DNA of 64,000 bases, from assembly GCA_051362555.1 (NCBI GenBank), contig CM120643.1, positions 17,116,848 to 17,180,847 on the forward strand. The letters run 5' to 3'. A model generated the notes under the pieces. It was not told where the DNA came from and did no database searches. It was given only the letters and a program-made list of their open reading frames with translations. This stretch comes from Lingula anatina (Eukaryota; Animalia; Brachiopoda). The translations under genes and the position numbers were made by a program. Below are positions 47,599-62,459 of the stretch, in pieces. Each line of letters opens with the position of its first letter. The stretch's first letter is position 1.

Positions 47599-50526
47599 CA
47601 AAGCGTAATACTGCGTGATGAGCGGAACACCCATGGGCTGCCACGTGCCTTGTTTCTCACATATACTGGATCTAATTCAAGCAAACAATAATCCAAGGTG
47701 CATGCTGAGACACACGTGCACTTACAGGTGGATGAAGCTTGAACATAATGAAACATCAACGCTCACTGGCAGTAAAGCTTACGTGTACCACCAAGTGCGT
47801 AAACTGAATGCGCAGACAGATATTGTTGCTGTCATGGCGCATCTTTGAAGCCACACAGAGCACAAGTCAGACAAGAGTGAAGAGTGGACACCACTTGCTT
47901 GACCTTCAGATCAAGAAGCACACTTGTCAGTATCTGTCATTTCTACCAGGCTTCCCAGAGCAACCGATGCTGGTAATGATGCAGAGAAGCGCGGCATTAT
48001 TCAAAGGACTTCTGAAACTGTAAGTCAAGCACATATAATATGATTGATTTTATAGAATGCGTGAATGTGTGTTAGATGAGAGGCAAGGAGAGGAATGGGG
48101 GAAGAAGCAATAAGATGAAAAAGGTGAAAGCAAAGATGAAAGCACTGACTCATGTCGGTAGATGATTGTTTCAGAATGAGTTTCGATAAAAGTCATGTAG
48201 CTTCCAGTGTATCTGCTTACAGCATATCTATCAAAAATACATTGTATTTGTGCTTTAAATAGCGGCGTATAATTGATGGCCATTACCACTGTCTCTTTTA
48301 GGTGTTTAGCGTAGTTTCGGGTTTAAAGTTCTGAAGTAATGGACCAAAGCAATTAAGATGTTTTTTGATTAACTATCCAATGTATCCACTCTTGTGTGAC
48401 TTTGACCAAGGTACCGACTCTAGCCTGAAATTGCCATTCTGCATTTTGTGACCAAGTAAAATGATAAAAGGGACACAATTTTTAAAAGTGGGCAATTTCT
48501 ATGCTTGCATCAAATGGCAAAGAGCAAAGTCATTCCGGGGATTCGGATTCTCTGAGGTTTTAATTGGAAACATGCTAATCGAACATCTTTGAGGCAAACT
48601 GGTCTATTTCACTAGAGACCATCAGATAGAGACTTTTGCTCTTTTCAGGCAATTCATATTGTTGCGTTTTCAATCTCTGCATCCTTTCGTCAATCGACTG
48701 CTAAAATTAGATATATCATTTCGTTTGTACGTGTCCAAGAAACAGTCACATGAAACTTTTCAAAATGTCTTTGGTAATTTTTTTTTTGCAAGGGGCTTTA
48801 CATAGCAAAGAAAGGGCATTTATGCGGGCAGATGTTAGTTTTGCGCACGTACATGAAACATTACATGTACATGTATATATCTGTAGGGAGTTAAATACGG
48901 GCGTGTATGTGTGGGTGCCGGTTCGTACTGTAGATCTCGCTCTCTTTATCGCCGTCAACGGGACATTTGTGCTGACTCTCAGATCCCTTCGACTTAACGG
49001 TCTTAAGTACGCCTTACGTATAGACAGACGCTCGATTCTCTTTACACTCCTTTGCTGTATCCGATATATTCAGGTAAGATACAGTAGTGAGGAGCTAGTG
49101 GATATAACTCAACGTATTTCCGATATGTGTTATTTACCACTTGTATATTGTAGAGGTATACATTAAAGGTTAAAAGATATTGTTAGGGCTGTGATATTTC
49201 GCTGGCTTTTCGAACAGCTCTTTACACGTGCTGTGTATTTGTACATTTTTTATTTATGAGGGTTTTGTCAAACTCACCCGTAGTATCATTCATATCATCG
49301 CCTTCCGACATACATTGCTGCTCTGCATCAGTTTCTCTGTTTCCAATAGCTGATGAAATCGAGCAACGTGTAGAGGTATCTGAAATGCTGTCCCCGCGTA
49401 CGTGTAGTAAATGGAGAAGACAAGTAGGCCTATTGAAAAAGACATATCGTTACAGCGGTACCGACAGTATATTTTGCAGTGTCGTCGAAATTCTATTACT
49501 TGTATAGTTTTATAACTAGATGAACAGGCTGCATATTGTCACTGGCGGCTCCAGGGTCCTGTTAGGGGGGGATGCACAAAGATACCTTTTCGCCACGCGA
49601 AACAAGGTAAGAATTCTTGCAAAACAAAGCACGGCAGAAGAAAATCAGAAGAGGCGGTTAATTTTTATTTTACTATCATAAGAAGGGCACAGAGATGGGA
49701 AAAGTGCATGATTTCGATTTCTCTCGCTCGTTGTGCTGTAATTATTATGAGAGGGAGAAAGGGTGTTCCTTAGAAAGTAAGAGAAAAGCACGTGCTTGTC
49801 GTGCCCCCTGGGCCCGCTGTTGTGTACAGGGGGGTGGGTTGGGTGGGGTGGGGGTAGGCGGAGATGTTTTTAGTATAATATGACAAGATACCAGCCATTC
49901 AGTGAACTACGGTGCAAAAGTGCTGTTACAAAGAAGTCTTTTCTTATTCTAGTCATACTTTATTAGCTTGTCCTTTGTAGATTTACCCACGTGCCCCACT
50001 GCATTGCTTTTCAGATCTGTACATATTGGTGCAGACGTTACGAAATAAACGTACTTGCATGTAATATGTAAATCTCAGCGTGATCAACAACGCAGTTATA
50101 TTCCCATCATAACACAAATCCAAACCGTCACGGAATACATCAGGTATGACTTGGATTGAAATAAAAAAGGGCGTTTGATTCATGGAATTTCCTGGGAAAT
50201 GTAATAATAAACCCTCATCATTTAGAATCTCGCCTGTCGACAATTGTGCCTAAGAAATAACAAAGACGAAGACGTGTCATTTGCAGAAATGAGCTGGTAT
50301 GACGCAAGCGGTGACCCGGAGAAGCTGGTGTGATAGATTCTCTTCTAGATGAGTGTTGATATGAGATATATATTGTGTAACAGGAGGAAGGGGTTATTAT
50401 CGCCGTTATTGCAGCTATTTGTTTGCTGTTAGGGTGACATTGTGTGTGTCCACTCGCATGTATAGCAATTTCCCATCCGTCTATCTGTTCGTCTACGCGT
50501 ATTTTTACCTTTTGAGATCACCTCTC

Positions 50527-50531
<5 letters not shown>

Positions 50532-50603
<72 letters not shown>
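50532..50603. repeat. (TC)n(AC)n microsatellite
   Basis: Seen directly in sequence. Confidence 0.95.
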
Positions 50604-50606
<3 letters not shown>

Positions 50607-50861
50607 ACATAAAAACACGAACAAACGCACACACGCATACAAAAACAAGCACACACACAAGGTATCAAGAAGGGGGATAGAAACTTGCTGGATAACAAAG
50701 ATGATAGCCATCTCGACGACACTTCATCATCATTATATCGGCTTCGTGTGATCTGTATTGAAGGAGTTACGTATCACAACACTCCCACTGTTCCTTTCCT
50801 TGTGCACTAAATAGATAAATTTCTCCTGTCGGGAAAAAAAAAAACTTATCATGGGCCAATT

Positions 50862-50922
50862 ACACAAGTTGATGCTTCTCAGAACTTTCTGGACACAAGT
50901 TGATGCTTCTCAGAACTTTCTG
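50862..50922. repeat. 31-bp tandem duplication
   Basis: acacaagttgatgcttctcagaactttctg occurs twice head to tail. Confidence 0.9.
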
Positions 50923-51040
50923 ATTAGATTTCCATGTTGACAAGGGTATACTTTTTATGTGTAGAACTAACTGCACCTTGTTTTAACATGTTTCTTTGTG
51001 GGATATTTGGCAATCAGTGTGTGAAATGAGAGACGTACGA

Positions 51041-51041
<1 letters not shown>

Positions 51042-51107
<66 letters not shown>
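51042..51107. repeat. (TA)n microsatellite
   Basis: About 33 units. Confidence 0.95.
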
Positions 51108-51108
<1 letters not shown>

Positions 51109-51638
51109 TGGAAATGTACTTACCAAGCATCACATAAAATTCTGCAGTCAAGTGATTTTTACTTTCTGGTTTAACGTGTGTTTACGTGAGATTTTCATAA
51201 ACACCTGAAATTGAGCACCAAAAATTATATAAAGTTGCACATAACCAATTTGCATACACTTGAATCTTGTTTTTATCTAGCCTTGTATTTGTAACAGTAA
51301 CCTTTTTGTACATACCTAAACGGTCAGTCGGTTAAGATGTGTCGTTGACACTGCGAATTGTAATATCTCTCCATTGAGTCCAATATTGTTGCATTATCAC
51401 CACTGTATCAGTGCAGCAGGGCACGTACGTTCTATTTTAGCAATTCAAATACCCATTAAGCATTCTATAAGATCGTGGTGAGTACTTGCATGTTAAGGTT
51501 TAATTATAAAAGGAAAACTCAACAATGTAGAATTAAAAAGCTATACTGGTACAAAAAGCACAAAATTTTGCGTTCCTGGAAAATTTCCCTATGGCATTAT
51601 GAAACCCAACCCAACTATTGGCTGCTTTCGGTAGGCAC

Positions 51639-51799
51639 GCGCATGCGCCTAGGTGGCATATGCTGTCTGTTAAAAAGAGAAACAGCGTTCTCGGAGAGCA
51701 GTCTTTTCGCTAAAAAATCCAGGGATTGCGTTTTTCGAGAGCCGAGTTGAGCATGCTTGTGATCACAAGAAAAACGGCCGCAGAAGTTTAATTGTAAGT
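51639..51799 (+). promoter_or_regulatory. Candidate promoter and non-coding first exon
   Basis: NRF1-type palindrome GCGCATGCGC at 51639-51648 in CpG-rich DNA, followed by a GTAAGT donor at 51794. Confidence 0.25.
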
Positions 51800-54700
51800 A
51801 GTTGTTCGATCTTCCTATAAAATTATTAATGTGTATAGCCCTTTAATCTCTAGAATCCTAGGTTAGGGGAATCTTTGAGCTGACTAATTTCTTTAATTGA
51901 ATTAATACGTAAATGATCAAATCAGTAAGTTTATCTTTTGAAATATTCTATAGCAATATCAGTAAATGCATTCAAAGGGACATGCCTGATTTTTAGAGAT
52001 TGTTCAATATATAAAAATGACGGGCGAAGGATGCTTCTTTTCTCAGTTCTTACCATACCGACTCCGAGAAAACTTACGCCTTTCAATTCTATTTATGATT
52101 ACATCTCAAATAACTGCTATTAGCTGCCGGGGTCAGTTTGGTAGAAATGGCAAACGGACCAAATTCCATTTAATAAATCGATTTCTCTTTCTATTCTGTA
52201 TGACACCGTTTTCGTCCTGAAAATTTTACCCTGGCGTCTTGGAAAATAACAAAACCCCGTTCATGTCTTATTGTATGCCATATCTATTCACACGACTGTG
52301 GTATCTAATTTCAAAAGGGACAATACATTTGAAGAGTGGCAATGAATTAATTCTGTTAAAAATGGGTCAAGAGTGAACCGCGTTTTTGCTGATATTTTTG
52401 TACTGCATGTTCGACATTGCGGTGTATTGATAAAAACGACAGCATGAGGCGTGAATGAAGGAAGCATGTGAAACCACACGATTTTCATTACGGAGCGTCA
52501 AATTAGAAATGCTGCATATACGCCAGCTGCACTGAGAACCGTTCCATCTCATTGTTACTTGATTAAAACACTTACAGGTCTTACACGTACGAAGAAGTAC
52601 CACTTTGAGAACATTGTTAAAATAGAGTATCTTTATGGGCGAGGAGACATATTTATTGGCTTAAAAGCCAACTTGTACTTTGAATATTTAGGGCCTAATG
52701 TACTCAAACATACATACTGTTATCCTTAGACGAGCTTAGGTTAGGTTCAACCTTTTAAGGTACAGTACAAATATATTGGATTAAAGGTATGAAAGAAATA
52801 AATGACTATGTGCCATTCTGCTAAAATTGTATAGAACAATAATAATGTAAAATCGAGAAACGCCGCACAGGTATTGCTATGAAATCACAGCACTGCATAC
52901 AACATTCACAGACACTGTGCAGACAACACACTAGCCGAGTTTACAGCCAAGAGAGACGAAGTCCTACACATATCGCAACTGAAATTTCCAATGGTACGAG
53001 CGAATTGATACTATTCACGGGGCGCTGATATCTTACCGGATATCGAAGGAGAATTAACGCGACTTAAAAAGTCGCCAGAGAAATTAATCAGAAAATGAAT
53101 CCCTTCAATGGATAACCGACGAGAGCTGACCGGTTTGATAAGTTGTCGACATAAGTGTCTGTAATTGAATTAGGAAAAAGGCATTTTTACATCTCCAGTA
53201 TTTACATCTCTTTCCGGCAGGGTAATGCGTAAATGTAATTGTAGGTTTATATTGGAACCTATAGTTGTCAATTATTTTCTGCCAGAATATGAGTTCGCCC
53301 CCAAATATTTACTATCATTCTTGGTTCCTTCAGATACGATCTGCGTGAATGCAAGAATCCCATCAATTCTAAAGTAGCTCAAATAGTTTGAGGCGCTCAC
53401 TTGATTTATTTTTGTAGATTTATTCTCAATTTACTGTCAATGTAAAGCAATTTCGTCTATTGATAGGCCAGCGTAGACGGGGTGCGTTTTACGGACTGAC
53501 CTGTTTGTAAAAACCAAACCCTCAACTAGATAACGCTCAGGAAATCTAGTCATTTCCTATAAATGAAAGGAGGAGATTACACTCCACACACATTGGCGGA
53601 GTTGAATCGCGCTTAATTCAGTATCTAGAACCACAATTCGCTTAACCCGCGAGGAACCGGTGCGCGGGGAACGCTTTAATACGATGGATATCAAGGAAAC
53701 GATTTCTGAATGCCAGTTATCAAAATATCACGTAGAGAGATTGGGTTGAAATAGGATAAAAACGATAGACGATTAAATGGCGCTTCTGTGGGAATCCAAC
53801 AGGGGGAAATCAATGGTTTCAGGTTACTCAGGTAAAGTCAAGTCTAGGTGAAAGCTGCGGCCAGGAGCAAGTCTTAATTGCTCTTCGGTTTTGTTTAGTT
53901 ATTAAAGCACCAACATCTATCCCAGGTTTTGCATAGAAATATAAACGGTAATGATCCGTCAAGTGACATACGTGTTTGTATGACCTAGTGTAGTGAATTA
54001 AAAAAAGAGAGAGCAACGCGTCAGAAATATGATCTATTCTGCTCTTTTATGAATTATTTAATTGTTAATTTCATTATCATAAGGCATATGCCAGAAAAAT
54101 GATTTTAAAAAGAAAGCGTGGAAATGATATCCAGTTTTAAACGAATTTTACGTCCACAAGGAAGATGCAAATTGGATTTTGAAAAAGAGATAATATAATT
54201 CTGTTACAATGAATGTGCTTTGGACTCACATTATTGGTATTTGCGACTGTGTAAAAGAATTGTTTGTCGTACCATGCCCGTGGGTGGACATATCGACCAT
54301 TGGATATTATTTTCTCATTTATTCAATCGCCTAAGGCAATACGATTCACGTGTTTCTAGATCGATCTGTTTCTCGGACCCACAGGTGCATTCAAAGTACC
54401 AAGGGCACAAAATAACCTCTTACATCGTTATCTAACTGCGTTTTCATGTAATGGCACATATCTATCTATCTATTTATCTATATTTTTTTCATGGAAAAGT
54501 GTATTTCAGCATATTGTCCATGTCCTGCATTCACCAAAGAGAATTTTCGAATGTCCCTGTCACAACAAAGGAATACCAGGAATTTGTTGCGCAATACAAA
54601 CATTTTGAACGTGTGTGTGTGTGTGTGTGTGTGTGTGAAATGGGACTTTGTTTTGTAATGTGGGGATGGCACGAACTGACTTTTTACCAAATTTCGTCAG

Positions 54701-57700
54701 TAGCTTTTCGTTTTAACACAGTACTTTTATGCCAGGGAAACAAATTTACGACTAAGATATCCAACGACCGTAGTATGTACAGATAGATCATGTAGATTGT
54801 AGATACTTACGAATTGCAAAAAGGATTTCGTTTTACCGATCATATCTGTAAAACGATCGAATTCTGTACACATTTCTTTATAGTGTAAAGCATCCCGGCG
54901 CATTTCAATGAAAAATAAAAAAGTAACCCCGAAATGATTCATTTGGCGGACATAATCCAATCCCTTTTTTCACTGAATATTTTTTTCTCTTAGAGGAAAG
55001 ACGAGGAATAAATCAATCGAGTTAGTAGGTCCACATGAACAGCTTGGATTGACGTTAAAACGCAGTGATCCAATGGACCATTCCTTTTCACTCCTCCCTG
55101 GTGCGTATGCCGCGAGAAAAGTGGGCTGAAACGTATTGGGAAAGGTACTCTGGGAACACGCTACCCGCATTCAAACCATTCGGTAATTTGATCGATAAAA
55201 TTGGGCAGATGTTTATATTTTACACCGTGTTGATTTTGTGTTACAGACCGAAAACTTTCGGACACACGGTACTGATTATATCGACACAGGTACACTCACG
55301 GGTATTGGCTTAATCGGTGCTTTGTCTCTGTTGGGGGTGAAATTCTTGCGCCCCTGCGCAAATCACACGTATTGTAATGAGGTTAGAACAGAGAAAAGTA
55401 CATGCCATTTATTCTCTCGTATAGCGTGATGATTTATCATTTGTAATGACCTCGTGTTTCTTAATTATCTTGGATAAGGAAACCATGCATTTCAATATTG
55501 TGAGTCCTAAAGCGGCATATATACTAATGTGTAATGTTTGCCCGTATTTTTTTATCTTATGAATGTGTTAAATTAATAGTTGAAGCTTGAAAATAGTTGA
55601 ATAGTTTACTTCCATGCCCTACGTGTATTGCAGGGAACGCACTACCATACATTTGCACAAGCAGTGGTGAAAAAGGTATGGTACATGTAATGTTTATAAA
55701 CCACTTTGAGATAGGAAAGAGAACATACACTCTTTTGGCGCCCAAAATAATTTAGCTGTATGTATACATATATATATATATATATATTCTGAATTTTACA
55801 ATCAGATGACTCTTCTTTTAATCTCATGTCATATTCCAGTACATGTACCATGATGCATCACACATATTCTCTCGTTTTTCCATAACTTTCCATTCTAAGC
55901 TGTTCTTCAATCTATTAATATTCCCTTGTTTGGTAATAGCTTTGCGTTCCTACATAATGTCTATCATTATTCATTTTCCCATAACTCTCATTATTAGCTA
56001 TCAAGTTAAGTATTGTAATTGCCTAATTGGGTAATGATGTTATAACTGACCTTTGTTCACAACTACGGTTCATACAGATTATCCACCACCTTATCATAAA
56101 AGAATGATAATTAATCTTTCTTCTTGCCATTGATAACCTTCCATTACTTGTACTGACTATGTGCTGAAATACACTTGATCTCTTTGGCCCATTGACATGT
56201 AAATTTTATAAGTCATTGACTGTAAACTTCATTTCACTAAAATGATATTAATTAATTTTTATTACGATATAGGTGTTGCTTAGCTGATATAGATGACTTT
56301 CATCTTTGCATGCACCAAACAAATGATTTACTGTTCTTGGCATAAATTTCGAAATCAATAATGATTAAATCACGCGCTGCATAATAGATCAAGGACCTTC
56401 CCAAGCTTACAAAGCCTGTTGCAACGTGAAGGAAGTCTCAAGTTCAGCCCCCTGTTGGTTGTTCTCTTACTTTCATTTGGAACTTCGAAATTGCATATCT
56501 TCCGTGCCATTTTGCAGTTATGTTTAAAATAACATAACAATAAGGTTTGTAAAGAGCGGGTGTCAACTTTTGGTTTCACAACCGGATCTCTGGGATGCTC
56601 GTTTAGTATTATCTGAAGAGAATCCATATTTAAATTCCCTGTTACGATATCCGGTAATGTCCTGTGTGGTCACCTGTTACGTTGTTCACTGTGAGCACTA
56701 GGACCATATAGACTTTTTGCATCTCAGTCCACCTTCATGCACTTGCTGCCATGCTAAATCTAATATCATCATTAAATCTGATTTAATTTAATTTAAACAT
56801 TAACCAACTTGCTATCTGCAAAAGCTGTTGGCTAAAGCTATAACCTTCATCTCTAAACGTCTCTTAGTAGGCTTTGGCTGGGTCGAAGCCACATTATCAC
56901 CCAGTTTTTTTCTATATGATACCTTACAAACATTTATGCATACGTGTATAACTAAAAGCGACTTTATTGAATTTGCAAATGGATATTCTCGATGCTAGTT
57001 CTAAACCTCTGAGTAATTCCGGCTACTTTCTAGTTATAAGATGCCCATTTGGGCCTTAAGTGTAAATAAAAGCATCTGTATGACGAACAAGAGTGCTTTT
57101 TATTTGAAATATTAAAAAGGAAATTGTTTTAGATCATTCATTGTAGGCTGCGTCAGTTGTATAGTCTGAGGATGTACCAAGGTCTTAGAGTTTACGACAT
57201 GGCTGTAGAAATTGCTTGAACTTCTTTAAAATGCATGCATTAGAACAGTTTTCCACCTCAGAAACCACGAAGTGTTTCTTAGTTTGACTAAAAGTATGTG
57301 GTTTGTCCACTTGGTTTCACCATAATACCAATAGACGCTGAACCAACTTTACAATTAACTTAGGCTTTTAAGACGGCGATTCCAAGTTCGGATAAACAGG
57401 AAGGGTAAGCGTATATGCTGTGAACTCCATTAATCTGGTCTATGTATACCAACTAGATGACAAGGGGTTGCTTTTTCTAAATGTTTATATTGTTGAAAAC
57501 GACTGTTTATTTTGCTGATGGAGGATGAAACGCTGATGGCTCGGAAACGCAAGTGGAGGCACTGAAAGTCGGCAACTGACTATTAAAAACCGACCGTTGA
57601 ATTACTCAGCGGACGCGTCTGGTCAATCTTCGGTGATTATGATGAATATGGCCTTGGACTTAGTTACTCCCCACCTTGTCACACGCGGTTCGTTACTTCT

Positions 57701-60249
57701 TTACGTTTTAAAATGTTTCGCCCATGTACACCAAAGACTTGCAGCGGAAATACGCATGTGCCATGAGCCAAATGGTACATGGACAAGAGAAACGTTTCAA
57801 TGGAAGTAATATCAATCAAATAAGCCTAGAAGCACACGTGTTTGCATGTTCCTTGACCAAAAATACCAGCTAAACGCGCTAAGAGGTGCGCTCACAGCAG
57901 TTTAAAGAAAGGACTGTTTAGATAATCCTTCATCATTTTACCAGCTATCTGAATAATAGAGGGTCCACGCCCATATAGTAAGACGGCATTGGTCTAACGT
58001 TGGCTTGGAGGGGACAGCCCTGTGCCAATACTCCAGCACCGGAGCGTTTGGATTTATAATGTCATGGCAAAGACGCCTCGCACCTACCAACATCTGAACG
58101 TTCACATTTTCCTGTACTTTTATTATTGTTAGTGATGCAAAATTGGATATATCTCATTACGGGTTCTAGGTTCTCTTCCTTTGCCTCAAAGTGCTCAGAC
58201 ACACTCCGATTATAAACGCGGCAGCAATCGATCTTTTCTTAGCCAACAGCTATTGAAAACCTTACAGAAACAATTGTATAAAGTGACGTGAGATTTTTTT
58301 CGCATTTCAAATCACATAAAAGCTTTAAATGCAGACGATAAGCCGATGCCAATTTCCTTGAACGATCACTAGGCTCGCGCACATCTTGCCGGGTTCCCGC
58401 TGGGCCCGTCGTTCATCTGGAAACGCTTCTACTTTCGCACTAAGGCAAGAAGAGATCACCTTCTCAGTTGCGTCATGAATGCCTTTGTGTGCGCCACTCG
58501 GTGTTACCGCGGTGTAATAAAGCATGGTTCAACAAATATATTTTATGATGACGTGGTAAAAAAAATATTGTACATCAACACGGCGTTTTTAATCAATTCC
58601 TAAAAGCAGCACATCATGGTATACTGCTGAAAATGATGGCGACGTAGATGAACGCGACTGTTCTTTACATTCAAAATGGAAAACTCTCTCTTATAAACTA
58701 TCCATAATACTGATGCTTTATAAACCCGGTTGTTATCACCATTGCCTTGACACATCGTTCATTACTGATGTCACAAATTAGAATTTTATACCTTTCAATA
58801 CATTGCAATGAATATCGCTTAGTTTGCTTGACGAGATTGGAAGCTCGGTCGACTCAATGTTTTCATAACAAAATATTATCCTCAAATAAAATGCAGTCTG
58901 ATGAAGGTATTAAAGCATTTAAATGTTTTGGTTCCATTAACCATAAAATAAGAGCTTTTCAAGCCTGGTCGACCTTTAAAAAAAGAAGAAGTTAGCATTT
59001 TGTTAGAAAATTAATTTTTTATAAGTAGGTTTTACATGTTCATGTAAGGACTGCCTTGCATTAGAAAACTAATTCTATAGAGAGCCTGCTGTAATGCCAA
59101 AGGTAAAGAGTAATGTCGGTGGCAAGATTTCATTGAAATGGATTAACGAAATAAAAGTTACGATGATTAAATATACTTAGGGTAGCTAAGAAACAATGCG
59201 ATTTTGCTGTTGAAATAAAATATAAGCATATTGGAAACGAATTCAAAATGCACTCCAGAAAAAGAAGCAGAGCAGCAGTACTTCTATCATCGATTTACCA
59301 TTTTCTGGGACGCATCAAACTGGGCAATAAAAACTTCATATCAAATCTATATGACATTTTCTATCATGCCTGACCTTCGGAACGGAAATGGATGTGCCGG
59401 ATCGGGCCTGACGTCACTTAAATATCCTGAGGGCAAAAAACAAGCTTGATCACGGAATCTCGGAACGGACGCGCGAGATTTACTAGGCCTTTGGCCGCAT
59501 ATAAGTAACAGTCGGTATCAGTTTTCCAGGCCCACTCTGTTGAACACTGTCTGTTTCGTTTGCTGCCTGTTATCAGACCGATAGATAGAACTGTATCTGT
59601 GCCGCTAGGGATCCAAGCTGTCGTCAAACACGTTGCGTTACTAAAGGTCAAAGCAGAACTATTACGAAGTCCGTGATCCTTGCGTCCCATGGGGCACAAT
59701 ACAATAGGAAACTTGGCCACGCTGTGGTTAAAATCATTATGTGTGATATTTAGATTTGTGAAGGATTGTCTGCCTTATTGTTTTTAATTTCTAAAGGTAA
59801 TGTTACTTATCGTGCTTTTGACAATACTAGCAGTAAATCGAAAAATGTACTTTGGCCTGTGTTACTTATCGTGTTTACTGACATTGCCATAACTCCTTTA
59901 ACCAAAATGGGAACTACAGACTTGACATTTAATATGGAATATTTCAGTTTCGAAGGTATACCTAGGTAAAAATACGTTCTTTTTTAAAAAAAACTCCGAT
60001 TTCATATAAGATTTGTGAATGTAAAAGTATGCAGTCATGTGTGTCACTACCAATTAACTGACTTTCATGCATGTTGCGCTGCTACACTGTGTAATTTGAA
60101 GTGATTTAATTGGATAGTGTTCCTTTGGGCTGATCAAAGCTTGGCTTAGGCAAAGCTTGGTTCTGTCAAAAAAGTATCCATATTTCAGCAACTACTGTAT
60201 AGAAAAATTTGAAATTTTGCATGCAAGCGGCCAATTTTGCAGTGCGTAA

Positions 60250-61250
60250 GATGAGTCAAGAAGTGCATTACAAATTTGTTAATCTAAGGCAGAATGGCGC
60301 GAAAAAGACAGACATCACCAGACAGATCATAGCGCCAAACGGAACGGTCCCCACAGTTTTATAGAGTAATGCCCAGACTGATGTACCTACACAGAGGTGA
60401 CCCCCAATGTATCAACATTTTACCTACAGGGTACAGGACCCACTGTCTTTCGGGATACGCTGCTGCAACTAAACAAAAAACACTTAGTCCGTTCAGAACG
60501 AGGGATAAATTGCCACTAAAATGCGTTTTTCAAAGCCCTTAGCGAACACCAAACTGGTTTTAGCAGGTAAGAACACCTAATGACCTCCGAGGTACCCACT
60601 GTATACAACAAAACATCGTCGTCTGTTTCTCTAATGAATTGGGGGTCATGAACGATTCTGGGTAGAACACTGAAACTGCGTGGCTTTCTTTATTGAGGTC
60701 AGGTTTCACCTGTAACGCCCAATTAGTCAAAACAGAGTTTACAGATATCCAGAAGAGGCCTACGACGAAGCATATGCCGGGTCTTAAGTGACAAGGGTGA
60801 TTGACAGCGTCAGTATTTGGAGTAGATTCCACATTGGTGCCAAAACACCAATGGTAGTCATCGACGAAAACCTGAACCAGATCAAATAAAGGGATGATCT
60901 CGGAACCACTTGACTATCATTTGATAGGGGGCACCTTAGGAACAATTCTAGGTTGTACGATGAGGTTGCAGGTTCACACAGAGCACTTTTAATAGCAGAT
61001 AACTTACAGAACCAAGGGGATGAGCAGCTACCCTGGTCATCAAAATCGCCACATTTGAACCACATAGACAATATTTCGGTAGACCATTACTCACCAATCA
61101 ACTGCCTACATGTCCTACAACAAAACTGGACCAGATTGGACAATTTCAGACCGATGCCTAGAATGCTATTCCAGATTGAACTCTAAAAACCTACCCTCAA
61201 GAAATGCCTTGCCGCTTGAGAGCGCTGGTAACAGCCACGAAGAGGCCAGG
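60250..61250 (+). pseudogene. Decayed Tc1-like transposase
   Basis: Disrupted frames read VCFSNE (cf. VLFSDES), VSIWSRFHIGAKTPMVVIDENLNQIK*RDDL (cf. VMVWG...RTPLVVIDGNLNAQRY) and LYDEVAGSHRA...LPWSSKSPHLNHIDNI (cf. QDNARPH...WPA.SPDLNPIEN). Stops and catalytic substitutions are present; boundaries are approximate. Confidence 0.8.
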
Positions 61251-62314
61251 CGTAACAACGACCATTACTGTGACTAGCAACTGACATGAGGGTCTTTTGT
61301 GGAGCGTATTACCCTTTTACGGACGATAATTAGGAAAATATGGAGATCCAAAATATCTCTTTTAATGGGAGTCGTATGACATAGAATAGGCAATGTGTTT
61401 TTGTTTGTTTCTCTGGCGAATTCCATTAATGAACTGATGTCACAATGACATCAAATAGATAATTTAAAGTTATTAAAACACGATTTTAATCCTTATTTTC
61501 ATTTATCAGTCCGCAAAATAGGAAAAAACTGATAAAAAATTATTTCGAAAAAAATATTCCATATTAAATGTCAAGTCTGTATAATGAAAGACACAGAGAA
61601 TACATGTGAACAGAAGCAGTTCAAAACTCAGCACTTGTAGTCGTGAATCAGTAATGGATTTTGGGAAATCACAGTGTCTAGTACATCCAGCTTCCGTTTA
61701 ATTTCTGACTACTCGTGTACAATTTCCTTCTGTCTTGAATTTGATATTGTATCTCCAAGCAATATGAACACTGTTGGTTCATTCAGGTTTGTGAGTCATG
61801 CCATTTGATTTAAATAACAGACGTACATTTAAAAAAAAGTATTAGAAATGTGCGTTATAAAAAAGTGTGTATGTGTGTTCGAAGAACCGGCTTTCTAGCT
61901 CCCAACTCCAATTTGCAACTCAGCAGGGCTTTTATACAGAAATCCCAGGGTAAACTTTAAATGAAATTTCCTCGAAATGCACTTAAATAATCTAAAAATG
62001 ATTGATTTTATTTCAGGAAACTGGACGAAAGGATGCCACTTTAGATTCGCGTCAGGCATAACGAAAATTGTCCTTGTTTATTGTATAACCTAACTTGTGA
62101 ATGGTAGTCCTTGGAAGTAAAGTCCGGGGTCCCATATGATTAGCACAAGCTGGAGTATCGGTGTCAGTTTATGGGGCAAATGTCACCTCTATTAAGTCAT
62201 CTTTTGGAGAACGGACTAGGGTTCCTAGCGGACTACGTACCATTCCTGTCACGCTGAGTATGAAGCTTTAAGGCTTATTCCCAATAAAACTGTCAGTCTA
62301 CGTACAGTGTATTA

Positions 62315-62459
62315 TCTAACTCCGCGGGCACTCTCGCTGAATGCAATTAGATTAAAAGATTAAAGCGCCTCCCCTTGTTTCAACGTACTTGCATAATACA
62401 AGCATGCTTGTTAATCTTTTAATCTGACTGCATTCAGCGAGAGTCCCCGCGGAGTTGGA
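62315..62459. repeat. Foldback inverted repeat (probable MITE)
   Basis: ~48-bp arms tctaactccgcgggcactctcgctgaatgcaattagattaaaagattaa / ttaatcttttaatctgactgcattcagcgagagtccccgcggagttgga. Confidence 0.75.

Noticed and set aside
57510-57550. Hammerhead-ribozyme-like text (ctgatgg...gaaac, twice)
   Set aside because: The core reads CTGATGG rather than CTGANGA, and flanking stems could not be formed.
58325-58525. Minus-strand 66-aa ORF with faint resemblance to transposon-associated helical domains
   Set aside because: Similarity is too weak to support by eye, and there are no adjoining exons or element ends.
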